Source: Gemmatimonadaceae bacterium (GTDB taxonomy: Bacteria > Gemmatimonadota > Gemmatimonadetes > Gemmatimonadales > Gemmatimonadaceae). From it: DNA of 64,000 bases. Below, piece by piece: positions 43,327-52,498 of this stretch. Positions within the stretch are counted from its first letter, which is position 1, and each line of letters starts with the position of its first letter. The DNA is taken from assembly GCA_045803545.1 (NCBI GenBank), contig JBJMOW010000005.1, forward strand, positions 1,472,001 through 1,536,000. Reading direction: 5' to 3'. The translations under genes were made by a program, and so were the position numbers. The notes beneath the pieces were generated by a model, which saw only the letters and a list, made by a program, of their open reading frames with translations, made no database searches and was not told where the DNA came from.

Positions 43327-43362
43327 ACGAACGCCACCCTACGCCTCACAGGAGACCACGAG

Positions 43363-44637
43363 ATGCACCGAACATCCGCAGTTGCTCGCGTATCGCCTCC
43401 CCCATCCCGAGCGGGGCCCTTGCTGATTCACCTTGTTGCATTGATGCTGGCGCTTCTTGTCGCCGTCGTCGCCAACGCGCAAGGCGTGAAGCTCCAGCCC
43501 AGCGATTCAGTCGCTCCGGCAGTGTTGAGAGCCGACTCCAAGTATTCTCCCGCCGACACCACCGCAAAAGTCGACGCGGCCGCAAAAGCCGACGCCGCCG
43601 CCGCGCTTCCCAAGTGGTTCGAGGATCTTGCGCTGAACGCCTTCGTCTCCACCGCCTACGAGTACAACACCAACCGCCCCGCTCCCGGCACCAACAGCTA
43701 CCGCGTCTTCGACTTCAACGACAACTCGTTCAACCTCGACGTCGCCGAAGTCGTCGTGCAGATCGCCGCATCGAAACCGAACGACGCCGGCTTTCGCGTT
43801 GACGTCGATGCGGGAAATTCGATTCCGCAGATCGCGAAAACTCAGGATCAGACGGCGACTCAGTTCGATCTCCAGCAAGCATTCGCCACCTACATCGCGC
43901 CGATCGGCTCCGGTCTCCGCTTCGACGTCGGCAAGTACGTCACCCACCTCGGGTACGAGGTGATCGAGGGTTACGACGGCTACAACGACAACTACAGCCG
44001 GTCGATTCTCTTCGGCTACGCGATCCCGTTCACTCACACCGGGGTCAAAGCGACCTACGCCTTCTCGAGCAAAGTCGCTGGCATGTTCGAAGTGGTGAAC
44101 GGGTGGGATCTGCTGCGCGACAACAACCGCTCGAAGTCGCTCGGCGCACAGCTCACGTTGACACCGGCAGCGCCGTTCAGCGTACTCCTGAACTGGATCG
44201 GCGGACCGGAGCTCGCCAACGACAATCACACCAAGCGCAACGTCTTCGACGTCGTCGCGATACTCAAACCGACCAATCGGCTGACGCTCGGCGTCAACGG
44301 TGATTACGGGATCGAGGACGGCACCAGTCGAGTGAATCCCGGCTCTGATGCGATCTGGAAAGGCATCGCCGGCTATGCCGTGCTCGGACTCAAAGAAAAT
44401 CTCTCCGTCGGTTTACGCGGCGAGACCTTCCACGACGACGGTGGCGTCCGACTCGGCACCGATACGAAAGCGAGATTGTCGGAAGCTACGCTCACACCAG
44501 TCTACAAGTTCACCAATCACGTACTGGCGCGCGGAGAAGTTCGCTTCGACAAGGCGAACCAACCAATCCTCGCCAAGCGCGGAACGCTGAGCGACAAGCA
44601 GACGACGATCGGCCTCAACGTGATCTTTGTGTATTGA
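43363..44637 (+). CDS. Outer-membrane beta-barrel porin (BBP2/OmpL-like)
   Basis: Signal-like N-terminus; GKYVTHLGYEVIE..NYSRS.LF..AIPFTHTG; terminal aromatic residue (VIFVY). Confidence 0.78.
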   Translation: MHRTSAVARVSPPPSRAGPLLIHLVALMLALLVAVVANAQGVKLQPSDSVAPAVLRADSKYSPADTTAKVDAAAKADAAAALPKWFEDLALNAFVSTAYEYNTNRPAPGTNSYRVFDFNDNSFNLDVAEVVVQIAASKPNDAGFRVDVDAGNSIPQIAKTQDQTATQFDLQQAFATYIAPIGSGLRFDVGKYVTHLGYEVIEGYDGYNDNYSRSILFGYAIPFTHTGVKATYAFSSKVAGMFEVVNGWDLLRDNNRSKSLGAQLTLTPAAPFSVLLNWIGGPELANDNHTKRNVFDVVAILKPTNRLTLGVNGDYGIEDGTSRVNPGSDAIWKGIAGYAVLGLKENLSVGLRGETFHDDGGVRLGTDTKARLSEATLTPVYKFTNHVLARGEVRFDKANQPILAKRGTLSDKQTTIGLNVIFVY

Positions 44638-44647
44638 TGAGGCCGCA

Positions 44648-45940
44648 ATGATCCAGGCCGACACACTCGCCCCGGTGGTGCTGGCGTTGGCGATCGTCCT
44701 CGCTTCGGCAAAGCTCGGCGGCGACGCCGCCGAGCGTGTGGGGCAACCGGCGGTTCTTGGCGAGCTCGTCGTCGGGGTGCTTGTCGGCAACCTCACCCTC
44801 GTTGGCGTGGACTGGTTCGGATTCATCACCACCAACGCCACCGTCGGAGTGTTGGCGCAGCTGGGCGCTGTCATCCTGCTCTTTGAAGTAGGACTCGAAT
44901 CCACGGTCCGCGACATGATGAAGGTCGGAGTGCGTTCGCTGGTGGTGGCTGTGCTCGGCGTCGTCACGCCGTGGGCGCTCGGCTGGTGGGTCGGTGCGCT
45001 GCTCCTCCCGCAGCAAAGTGTCTACGTTCACGCCTTCATCGGCGCGGCGCTGACCGCAACGAGTGTCGGCATTACGGCGCGAGTGCTCAAGGATCTGGGG
45101 TACGCACAATCGGCGGAAGCGCGCATCATCCTCGGCGCGGCGGTGATCGACGACGTGCTCGGCCTGGTCGTTCTCGCCGCTGTTGCCGCGTTCATTTCAG
45201 CCGCCGACAGCGGCGCCGGTTTATCGTACGGCGCGCTGGTGATCGTGCTCGGCAAAGCGATTGTCTTTCTGTTCGGCGCGCTGTCGCTCGGCGTCGTTTT
45301 CTCGCCGCGGCTATTCGGCTTCGCGTCACGACTCCGCGGAAGCGGTGTGCTGCTGGCGACGGCGCTCGTCTTCTGTTTTACGCTAGCGTGGCTGGCCAGC
45401 GTCATCGGCTTGGCGCCGATCGTCGGCGCTTATGCTGCGGGGCTCGTCCTCGAAGACCTGCACTACCGCGACCTTATGGCGAAGGAGGAGAGGCGACTCG
45501 AGGAACTCGTTCGACCGATCTCGTCGTTTCTGGTCCCGGTCTTTTTTGTTTTGATGGGAATGCGCGTCGACCTGAGCGCATTTGCGCGACTGGAGATCGT
45601 CGGTCTGGCGGCGGCACTCACCGCTGCGGCGGTGGTGGGCAAGCAGGCATGCGCGATTGGCGCGATTGGTGCGAAGCTCGACGCGTTGTCGATCGGAATC
45701 GGCATGATCCCGCGAGGCGAGGTTGGGCTCATCTTCGCCAATATCGGACTTACGCTGGTCGTCCGCAACGAGCACGTTGTCGATTCGGCGACGTTCTCTG
45801 CGGTCGTCATTGTGGTGATGATGACGACGCTGATAACGCCGCCCGCGCTGAAATGGAGTCTTGGTCGGGGAGCCCGATCACAAACCCTGAGGGAGGACGT
45901 GCGATGGAGGACGGAGGCGGCGAAGCGGGCGGCGGGATAG
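44648..45940 (+). CDS. Cation:proton antiporter (CPA2/NapA-like)
   Basis: LLFEVGLE, ATSVGITARVL, AAVIDD, GMIPRGEVGLIFA. Confidence 0.92.
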   Translation: MIQADTLAPVVLALAIVLASAKLGGDAAERVGQPAVLGELVVGVLVGNLTLVGVDWFGFITTNATVGVLAQLGAVILLFEVGLESTVRDMMKVGVRSLVVAVLGVVTPWALGWWVGALLLPQQSVYVHAFIGAALTATSVGITARVLKDLGYAQSAEARIILGAAVIDDVLGLVVLAAVAAFISAADSGAGLSYGALVIVLGKAIVFLFGALSLGVVFSPRLFGFASRLRGSGVLLATALVFCFTLAWLASVIGLAPIVGAYAAGLVLEDLHYRDLMAKEERRLEELVRPISSFLVPVFFVLMGMRVDLSAFARLEIVGLAAALTAAAVVGKQACAIGAIGAKLDALSIGIGMIPRGEVGLIFANIGLTLVVRNEHVVDSATFSAVVIVVMMTTLITPPALKWSLGRGARSQTLREDVRWRTEAAKRAAG

Positions 45941-45946
45941 CGGAGT

Positions 45947-46050
45947 GACCCGTAGCGCGTAACCCGTAACGCGTAACCGGTAACGCGTTACCCGTTACCC
46001 GTTGCCCGTTGCCCGTGGCCCGTGGCCCGATACCAGTTACCAGTTACGGG
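45947..46050. repeat. Heptamer array left of the four-helix-bundle gene
   Basis: GTAACCC/GTAACGC, then GTTACCC>GTTGCCC>GTGGCCC>GTTACCA gradient. Confidence 0.9.
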
Positions 46051-46052
46051 CG

Positions 46053-46415
46053 TTAGTTCGAGTCGCCCCGCAGTTTTTTCAGAAGACCGTGCAGCATCTT
46101 GCGGACATCGATGATGCGAGGGAGAAGGCTCGTGAAATCCTGCTCGGTCATCAGCTTAAGATCGCGAGCGAGTTGAACGTGTCCCTCGAGTTCGGTTGCT
46201 GAAGCAATGGCGTAACCGAGATAACGCGCAAACTCACGGGGACTCGTATGCGCGCTGCCCTCGACGATATTCGTCGGCACCGACATCGCGGCGCGCAAGA
46301 GTTGGTCGCGCACCGTGGCGCTACGAGTTCCGCGCATGCGCGCAGTGACTCGCTCCGCATCAATCGCGACCTGCAGCGCCGCCTCCCAGACACGAAGTTT
46401 CCTGAAGTCAGCCAC
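46053..46415 (-). CDS. Four helix bundle protein (23S rRNA IVS protein / TIGR02436-like)
   Basis: DFRKLRVWEAA..DQLLRAAMSVPTNIVEG..EFARYLGYAIASATEL..LARDL..KMLHGL. Confidence 0.9.
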   Translation of the reverse strand: MADFRKLRVWEAALQVAIDAERVTARMRGTRSATVRDQLLRAAMSVPTNIVEGSAHTSPREFARYLGYAIASATELEGHVQLARDLKLMTEQDFTSLLPRIIDVRKMLHGLLKKLRGDSN

Positions 46416-46529
46416 GCCGAACCCTACACCGCAGCCCGTCCGGCGCTTCCATCATTTCCCCGCTCCAATCAGCGGAAATCTGGCCGCAGCTATCGGGCTT
46501 CGGACATCGAACTTCGGATGTCGGGCTCC

Positions 46530-46655
46530 GGGTAACGCGCAACGCGCAACGGGTAACGGGTAACGGGTAACGGGTAACGGGTAACGGGTAACGGGTAACG
46601 GGTAACGGGTAACGGGTAACGCGTTACGGGTTACGCGTTACAGGAAACGCATTAC
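46530..46655. repeat. Heptamer array right of the four-helix-bundle gene, including (GGGTAAC)x10
   Basis: Ten perfect GGGTAAC copies at 46551-46620, followed by GCGTTAC/GGGTTAC. Confidence 0.97.
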
Positions 46656-46658
46656 GTG

Positions 46659-47774
46659 TTATCCGCGGACAACCAATCCCTCAATCTCCTCTCCAACCTC
46701 CACCGTCGAGCACGCCCTCCCTCCTATCTGCACAATGTCCGCAGTAACGCAGCCCTTCCCGATTGCCGCACCGACAGCAGTCTCCACCGTCACCGCCTCC
46801 CGCTCGAGCCCGAAAGAATACCTGAGCATCATCGCCACGCTGAGAATCGTCCCGATCGGATTCGCAATTCCCCGCCCCGCAATATCCGGTGCCGACCCGT
46901 GAATCGGCTCATACAGTCCGCATCGCCCGCCTGCGCCCTTCCGTCTCGCGTCTCCCGCCTCGTCGCCCAACGACGCCGACGGAAGCACGCCGAGCGACCC
47001 GGCGAGCATCGAGGCTTCGTCGGTGAGAATGTCGCCGAACATGTTCTCGGTCACGATAACGTCAAAGTCCCGCGGCTGGCGCAGCAGCATCATCGCACAC
47101 GCGTCGACCAGCACGTGTTCCAGCGCCACGTCAGGGAATTCCTCCCGCAAAACACGCGTGACGGTCGATCGCCACAGCCGCGACGTCTCGAGCACGTTCG
47201 CCTTGTCGACCGACGTCAGCTTGCGCCCGCGTGAGCGCGCCAGCCGCGCGGCGACACGCGTGACACGCTCGATCTCGCCGGTCGTATAAGAACAGACGTC
47301 GACCGCCCGCTCACCGCCATCAACTCGCTCGCGCCGCTTGTCGCCGAAGTAGATGCCGCCCGTCAGCTCGCGCACGACGATGAAATCAACCCCCACGATC
47401 AGCTCGGTCCGTAGCGGCGACCGGGCCGCGAGCAAAGGATGAACTGTTACCGGGCGAAGATTGGCGTACACCCCCAGCTCCCGCCGCAAGCCAAGTAGTC
47501 CCTGCTCCGGGCGCATGTGCGCGGCGGGATCGTCCCAACGCGGACCACCAACCGCCCCGAGCAGGACGGCGTCGGCGCTCAGACAAAGATCGATGGTTTC
47601 CGGCGGGAGCGGGGTTCCGCGTACGTCGAGCGCGGAGCCGCCGATCAACCCCTCCTCCAGCTCGATCGTATGACCGTATCGTGATGCCACCGCGCGCAGA
47701 ATTCGCACGCCTTCGGCGACAACCTCCGGTCCGATGCCATCGCCGGGAAGGACGGCAATCTTTAGAAACGCCAC
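46659..47774 (-). CDS. leuB: 3-isopropylmalate dehydrogenase
   Basis: LPGDGIGPEV, RELTGGIYFG, VDKANVL, NMFGDILTDEA, EPIHGSAPDIAG. Confidence 0.97.
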   Translation of the reverse strand: MAFLKIAVLPGDGIGPEVVAEGVRILRAVASRYGHTIELEEGLIGGSALDVRGTPLPPETIDLCLSADAVLLGAVGGPRWDDPAAHMRPEQGLLGLRRELGVYANLRPVTVHPLLAARSPLRTELIVGVDFIVVRELTGGIYFGDKRRERVDGGERAVDVCSYTTGEIERVTRVAARLARSRGRKLTSVDKANVLETSRLWRSTVTRVLREEFPDVALEHVLVDACAMMLLRQPRDFDVIVTENMFGDILTDEASMLAGSLGVLPSASLGDEAGDARRKGAGGRCGLYEPIHGSAPDIAGRGIANPIGTILSVAMMLRYSFGLEREAVTVETAVGAAIGKGCVTADIVQIGGRACSTVEVGEEIEGLVVRG

Positions 47775-47796
47775 GAGCGGCGAGGAAGTCTGACTG

Positions 47797-48417
47797 TCAG
47801 CGTGTCGAGACGCGCGCGGGATGCGCCGCCTCGTAGGCGGCGATCGCCGTCTCCTCGCCGAGCAGGAATCCGAGCTCGTCGACCCCGTTCAGCAGACAGT
47901 GTTTCGCGAACGGATCCACGGGGAACGAGTGCATTGACCCGTCGGGTAACGTCGCCGTCAGCGTGGTGAGCTCTATCGTGACGCGGGCTTGCGGCGACTT
48001 GGCGAGCTGGTCCCCCAGACTAACGTGCGCAGCCGGGGTAAGGACGACGGGGAGCAGTCCGTTCTTGAGCGCGTTGCTGCGGAAGATGTCCGCGAAACCG
48101 GTGCTGATGATGGCGCGAAAGCCGAAATCGAGCAGCGCCCACGGCGCGTGCTCGCGCGACGAGCCGCAGCCGAAGTTGTGGCCGGCGACGAGGATTGATG
48201 CCTCGAGCGCGTCGGCGGAGTTGAGCGGAAAGTCGGCGCGGGGCTGGCCGCGTTCATCGACTCGCCAATCGGCGAACAGATGCGCGCCGAGTCCGCGACG
48301 CTCGATCGTCTTGAGAAAGCGCGCCGGAATGATCTGATCGGTGTCGACGTTGTCGGCCGGCAGCACGACGCACGAAGACGTGAGCCTCGTGAATGGTTGC
48401 ATCACCGTCTCGATCAC
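47797..48417 (-). CDS. leuD: 3-isopropylmalate dehydratase small subunit
   Basis: [45 protein letters not shown]. Confidence 0.97.
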   Translation of the reverse strand: MIETVMQPFTRLTSSCVVLPADNVDTDQIIPARFLKTIERRGLGAHLFADWRVDERGQPRADFPLNSADALEASILVAGHNFGCGSSREHAPWALLDFGFRAIISTGFADIFRSNALKNGLLPVVLTPAAHVSLGDQLAKSPQARVTIELTTLTATLPDGSMHSFPVDPFAKHCLLNGVDELGFLLGEETAIAAYEAAHPARVSTR

Positions 48418-49826
48418 GACAGGCTCCGCACGTCTGCGATCGCTCCGGTCACCGCGGTCGCCGCTGCTGTCAGCGGACTTGCCAGGAAAGTGCGGCCGCC
48501 TTTGCCCTGGCGTCCTTCGAAGTTGCGATTGCTGGTGCTAACCGCGCTCTGGCCCGGCGCGAGCTGATCGCCGTTCATCGCAATGCACATCGAGCAGCCT
48601 GCTTCACGCCATTCTGCGCCGGCTTCCTTGAACACTCGGTCGAGCCCTTCCGCTTCTGCCTGACTTTTGACATTGCGCGAGCCGGGCACGACCAGCATCC
48701 GCACTCCGGGTGCAACCCGACGTCCACGCATTACCGTTGCCGCCTCGCGCAGATCGGAGATACGCGAGTTAGTACAGCTCCCCACGAACACCACGTCGAC
48801 AGCGCGGCCGAGCAGTGCCTGCCCCGGCTCGAGCGCCATGTAGCGGAGCGCCTTGTCGAGATCGGCGCGCTCGGTCCCGCTCGCCGCAGAGTCGGGGTCA
48901 GGAACACGTCCGTCGATGGGAATCGCCATCGACGGGTTGGTGCCGAAAGTAATCATTGGAGCCAGGCTGTCTGCCCGCAGATTCAGCGTGCGATCGTACG
49001 ACGCGTCATCGTCGCTGACGAGTTGCCGCCAGCGATCGACCGCACCATCCCAGTCGCCGCCCGCCGGCGCAAACGGCCGGCCGGCTATGTACTCGGCAGT
49101 CGTGTCGTCGGGCGCAATGAGGCCGGCGCGCGCGCCTGCCTCGATCGACATGTTGCAGATGGTCATCCGGTTTTCCATCCCTAGCGCGCGAATCGCTGAA
49201 CCGGTGTACTCGAGCACGTGTCCGGTTGCGCCCCCGACGCCGATCCTGGCGATGATGGCGAGGATGATGTCCTTTGCCGTAACCCCGGGAGGAAGCGTTC
49301 CATCGATGGACAGCTGCATGCTGCGCGGCTTGCGCTGCAGCAGCGTCTGGGTTGCGAGAACGTAGCCCACTTCCGACGTCCCGATTCCAAACGCCAGCGC
49401 GCCAAACGCGCCGTGGGTGCTGGTGTGACTGTCACCGCAGACGATGGTCATGCCCGGCTGTGTAAGCCCCTGCTCCGGTCCGATGACGTGAACGATTCCC
49501 TGCCGACTGTCTTCGAGTCCGAACAGGCTAATGCCGAATTCGTCGCAGTTCGTCTCAAGCTGCGTGAGCTGCGCCGCCGCCTGGGAATCGAGCACCTGCA
49601 GACGGCCATGCGCCCGGGGCGTCGTCGGCGTCGAATGATCCATCGTCGCCAGCGTCAGCTCGGGTCGCCGCACCCCAACACCGCGACGCCGCAACTCGGC
49701 GAACGCCTGCGGCGACGTCACCTCGTGCACGAGATGCAGATCGACGTAAAGTACCGCCGGCGTGCTCTCGGTCTCGGCCCGAGCGACGTGGTCGTCCCAA
49801 ATCTTGTCGACGAGTGTTTGTGGCAA
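48414..49826 (-). CDS. leuC: 3-isopropylmalate dehydratase large subunit (probable TTG start)
   Basis: (M)[62 protein letters not shown]. Confidence 0.95.
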   Translation of the reverse strand: MPQTLVDKIWDDHVARAETESTPAVLYVDLHLVHEVTSPQAFAELRRRGVGVRRPELTLATMDHSTPTTPRAHGRLQVLDSQAAAQLTQLETNCDEFGISLFGLEDSRQGIVHVIGPEQGLTQPGMTIVCGDSHTSTHGAFGALAFGIGTSEVGYVLATQTLLQRKPRSMQLSIDGTLPPGVTAKDIILAIIARIGVGGATGHVLEYTGSAIRALGMENRMTICNMSIEAGARAGLIAPDDTTAEYIAGRPFAPAGGDWDGAVDRWRQLVSDDDASYDRTLNLRADSLAPMITFGTNPSMAIPIDGRVPDPDSAASGTERADLDKALRYMALEPGQALLGRAVDVVFVGSCTNSRISDLREAATVMRGRRVAPGVRMLVVPGSRNVKSQAEAEGLDRVFKEAGAEWREAGCSMCIAMNGDQLAPGQSAVSTSNRNFEGRQGKGGRTFLASPLTAAATAVTGAIADVRSLS

Positions 49827-49827
49827 A

Positions 49828-49950
49828 GCGGGAAGCGGGAAGCGGGAAGCGGAAAGCGGGAAGCGGGAAACGGGCAACGGGCAACGGGCAACGGGCAACG
49901 GGCAACGGGCAACGGGCAACGGGTTACGCGTTACGCGTTACGCGTAACGG
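49828..49950. repeat. Compound heptamer array filling the space between the leu attenuator and the leuC start
   Basis: About 6 GCGGGAA, 7 CGGGCAA, then GCGTTAC units. Confidence 0.95.
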
Positions 49951-49985
49951 AAAAAAAAAGGCCCCTCGACATTTTCCGGGGGCCC
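49951..49985 (-). terminator. leu attenuator terminator
   Basis: Minus strand GGCCCCCG-gaaaatgt-CGAGGGGCC followed by T9. Confidence 0.85.
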
Positions 49986-50009
49986 GTCTGCCGCAATTCG
50001 CGAGAAATC

Positions 50010-50087
50010 TTATACGCGCACAGACAGACCGCCCCTATCAACGAGGTTCGAAATAAGAATAGAAAGTCGGGAGCCCGTAGCGCGCAT
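50010..50087 (-). CDS. leu leader peptide MRATGSRLSILISNLVDRGGLSVRV
   Basis: 4 Leu, 2 Ile, 3 Val including CTT/ATT/GTT codons; ends 24 nt before the terminator. Confidence 0.7.
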   Translation of the reverse strand: MRATGSRLSILISNLVDRGGLSVRV

Positions 50088-50221
50088 TGAACGAATGTCG
50101 AAGCAGGAAACGCAAGCCGCCGTCTGCCGGTTGCGGATTGGGAATGTATTTGTCGCTAACGGGTCGGTCAAGCGTTGTCGGCGCAGACCCTCAAATAAGA
50201 ATCGTAGTTGCGGCTTGTAGC

Positions 50222-50482
50222 TTAGCGATTCCGCGAGCCGAACGTAGTGAAGCGGCCGAACAAATCGCTCCAGCCTTTGGTGCTCGTCTTCCACGATTGC
50301 TCGTTGCGCGCACGCAGCCGCGCCTCGGTCAGCCCGATCGTGCGGTTGACGCGCGGTGGCTTGTCCGCGGTCGTCTCTGATTCGTTGACGCTGGCCAGCG
50401 TTTTCTCTTTCCTGGCCGCAATGTCGTCATCGCGGTGCTTATTCTTTAACCCAAACAGTCGCTCCCTGAGGCTCTTTTTCAT
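50222..50482 (-). CDS. 86-aa basic hypothetical protein (paralog of 54634-54894)
   Basis: Shares KSLR..LFG and IG.TE.RLRARN..SW with the second copy. Confidence 0.7.
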   Translation of the reverse strand: MKKSLRERLFGLKNKHRDDDIAARKEKTLASVNESETTADKPPRVNRTIGLTEARLRARNEQSWKTSTKGWSDLFGRFTTFGSRNR

Positions 50483-50821
50483 TCAGTTCTCTCGAGTGTG
50501 AAATTGCCCGGGTTGGCGTGGCGCGCGTTCCTCATCGATTCGCCTGTATGCTTCGACACACCATGCGTCGGCCTGCTTGGCGATGGCGCGGAATTCCGGT
50601 GACGGGCGCTCTCCCGATTGCCCGGCCGAGTCCTCACTGAGGCTTATCATCTCACGCACGTGGATCACGATCTCGGCGAACGGCACTCCCCGATTCTGAT
50701 CCGCCGCGACTCGCGTCTGTACCGCCAGCCGCAACGTTCTTATAAATGCGAAAATGCCGCCGCCGTCGTTGGACACGAGGCGACGCGAGAGTGGTGGGAT
50801 ACTGTTCGGCGGCTTGTTCAT
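50483..50821 (-). CDS. Hypothetical protein
   Basis: 112-aa ORF packed between same-strand genes; stop abuts the next ATG. Confidence 0.55.
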   Translation of the reverse strand: MNKPPNSIPPLSRRLVSNDGGGIFAFIRTLRLAVQTRVAADQNRGVPFAEIVIHVREMISLSEDSAGQSGERPSPEFRAIAKQADAWCVEAYRRIDEERAPRQPGQFHTREN

Positions 50822-50843
50822 AAGCGCTTTGGCACAGGCGAGA

Positions 50844-51974
50844 CTACGACTGACGTGGGAGATGGACCGAAAAAACCGTCCCCCGCTCGTCGGACGACAT
50901 CACTTCAATTCTTCCCTTGTGCGCGTGGGCGATTCGATCTGCGATGTAGAGTCCCAACCCGAGGTTAGCCGAGGGCCCAGTGGATTGGTTCGGCGTTGTC
51001 TGCATCTTCATCGCGTTGAAGATCCCATCCAGCTGCTCTTCAGGAATAGCAGTGCCGTGATTGTGCACGGCGATGGTGACCTCGTCATCGCTTCCCTGCA
51101 CATCGACGGAGACGGTGCTCCGCTCCGATCCATGCTCCAGCGCGTTACCAAGCAGATTGGTCACCGCCTGCGACATTCGCTCATAGTCCCAGTGGCCCGT
51201 GAGCGCACCGCGAGCGTTGACCTTGATTCTGCGCTTTGGATGCGCGGCCAGAACCTCGTTCACCACCTCGTGCACCAGCTTACCCATGTTCATGCTGGCA
51301 CGGGTGATCGGAATACCACCGCCGAGCCGGCCGCGCGTGAAATCGAGCAGAGCGCCAACCATGTTGTTCATGCGCGTGGTCGCGCTGACTATGCGGGTGG
51401 TTAGCGTCAGATGCGGCTCCTCGAGCTCCTTCGTCTCGAGCATGAACTTCGACGACGTCAACACTGCTCCGATCGGCGATCTGAGATCGTGACCGAGGAT
51501 CGCGAGGAACATCTCCTTGGACCTGTCGAGATCCTCAGTGAAGCGCATCACCGACTCGGCGAGTGATTGGTCGATGGCTTCGTTGAATCGTGTCAGGTCG
51601 TCGAGGTCGGTCTGGGTTGGTTGCGACTGACCGCGTATCCAGAGACGGATCACACTGGCGCGCAGCGCGCGGTACTCCGCTACCATCTGGTCGATGGTGA
51701 ATCCACTTTCGGCCCTGCCGGTGCCGTGCTTTTCGGCAGCGGTTCGCTCCATGGAGGTTGGCAGCGGAGCGAGCCCTCTCGATTTTGCCGACTGCTCGAG
51801 ATCGCCTTGCGGTGTCTGAAGATCCCTTGCAATCACCATCAGCATCTCGCTGGCGTGGTCGCTGAGCGCAGTAATACCCATCGATGCGCTCGCTGGAGCG
51901 CAGGTCTTCGCGAACGCCCCCCACTCCGCCAGAATGAGTTCGCGATTTCCGAGTATGAAATCGGCCAGCCGCAT
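50844..51974 (-). CDS. Soluble sensor histidine kinase with RsbRD_N-like N-terminal domain
   Basis: MRLADFI..ILAEW..HGTGRAESGF..VAEYRALR; H-box GHDLRSP; N-box NLLGNA; G-box GLGLYI. Confidence 0.9.
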   Translation of the reverse strand: MRLADFILGNRELILAEWGAFAKTCAPASASMGITALSDHASEMLMVIARDLQTPQGDLEQSAKSRGLAPLPTSMERTAAEKHGTGRAESGFTIDQMVAEYRALRASVIRLWIRGQSQPTQTDLDDLTRFNEAIDQSLAESVMRFTEDLDRSKEMFLAILGHDLRSPIGAVLTSSKFMLETKELEEPHLTLTTRIVSATTRMNNMVGALLDFTRGRLGGGIPITRASMNMGKLVHEVVNEVLAAHPKRRIKVNARGALTGHWDYERMSQAVTNLLGNALEHGSERSTVSVDVQGSDDEVTIAVHNHGTAIPEEQLDGIFNAMKMQTTPNQSTGPSANLGLGLYIADRIAHAHKGRIEVMSSDERGTVFSVHLPRQS

Positions 51975-52077
51975 CGTATTGGCCGCGGCGGTTGCCGTCT
52001 GTGGCATGAGTGCGGGCGCGGGTAGTTGCAAGGAATTCAGGTCTGTGTGTAGCGGGCGGTCAGATAACCCATGGATG

Positions 52078-52497
52078 TCATTGGTCGTTTACTTCGGTCC
52101 CGGACATGCGCGTCGCGCGCTGGGCCGTAGCGCGCTTGGCAAGTTCCTGAGAAACGGTGGACAGAAAATCCTTGTAGGAAAGCGGTTTCGCGATGTAGCC
52201 GTCACAGCCCGCGGCGCGAATCCGTGCCTCATCGCCTTTCATCGCCAACGCGGTCAGGGCGATGACGGGAATCTCGCGGGTGACGAGGCCGGCCTTGAGC
52301 AGCGCAGTCGCCTTCAGGCCGTCCATGCCGGGAAGTTGAATATCCATCAGAATGAGATCGGGCTGCTCGTTGTCTGCCAGCGCAACTCCTGCCTCCGCAT
52401 CGAGTGCTTTGAGCACCGTGTGTCCCGCGTTCTCGAGCAGGAATGTGGCGAGGGTCATGTTGGCGGGGTTGTCTTCGACTACCAGCACTTTCGCCAT
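52078..52497 (-). CDS. Single-domain response regulator (DivK-like)
   Basis: VLVVEDN, LILMDIQLPGMDG, IALTALAMKGD..GCDGYIAKP. Confidence 0.93.
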   Translation of the reverse strand: MAKVLVVEDNPANMTLATFLLENAGHTVLKALDAEAGVALADNEQPDLILMDIQLPGMDGLKATALLKAGLVTREIPVIALTALAMKGDEARIRAAGCDGYIAKPLSYKDFLSTVSQELAKRATAQRATRMSGTEVNDQ

Positions 52498-52498
52498 A

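Noticed and set aside
46053..46415. Diversity-generating retroelement (Avd-like gene)
   Set aside because: No reverse transcriptase or template/variable repeat pair seen in the window
49555..50056. ORFs with PVARCPL / GKREAGS / GNGQRAT repeats
   Set aside because: These are translations of the heptamer arrays in several frames, not independent genes
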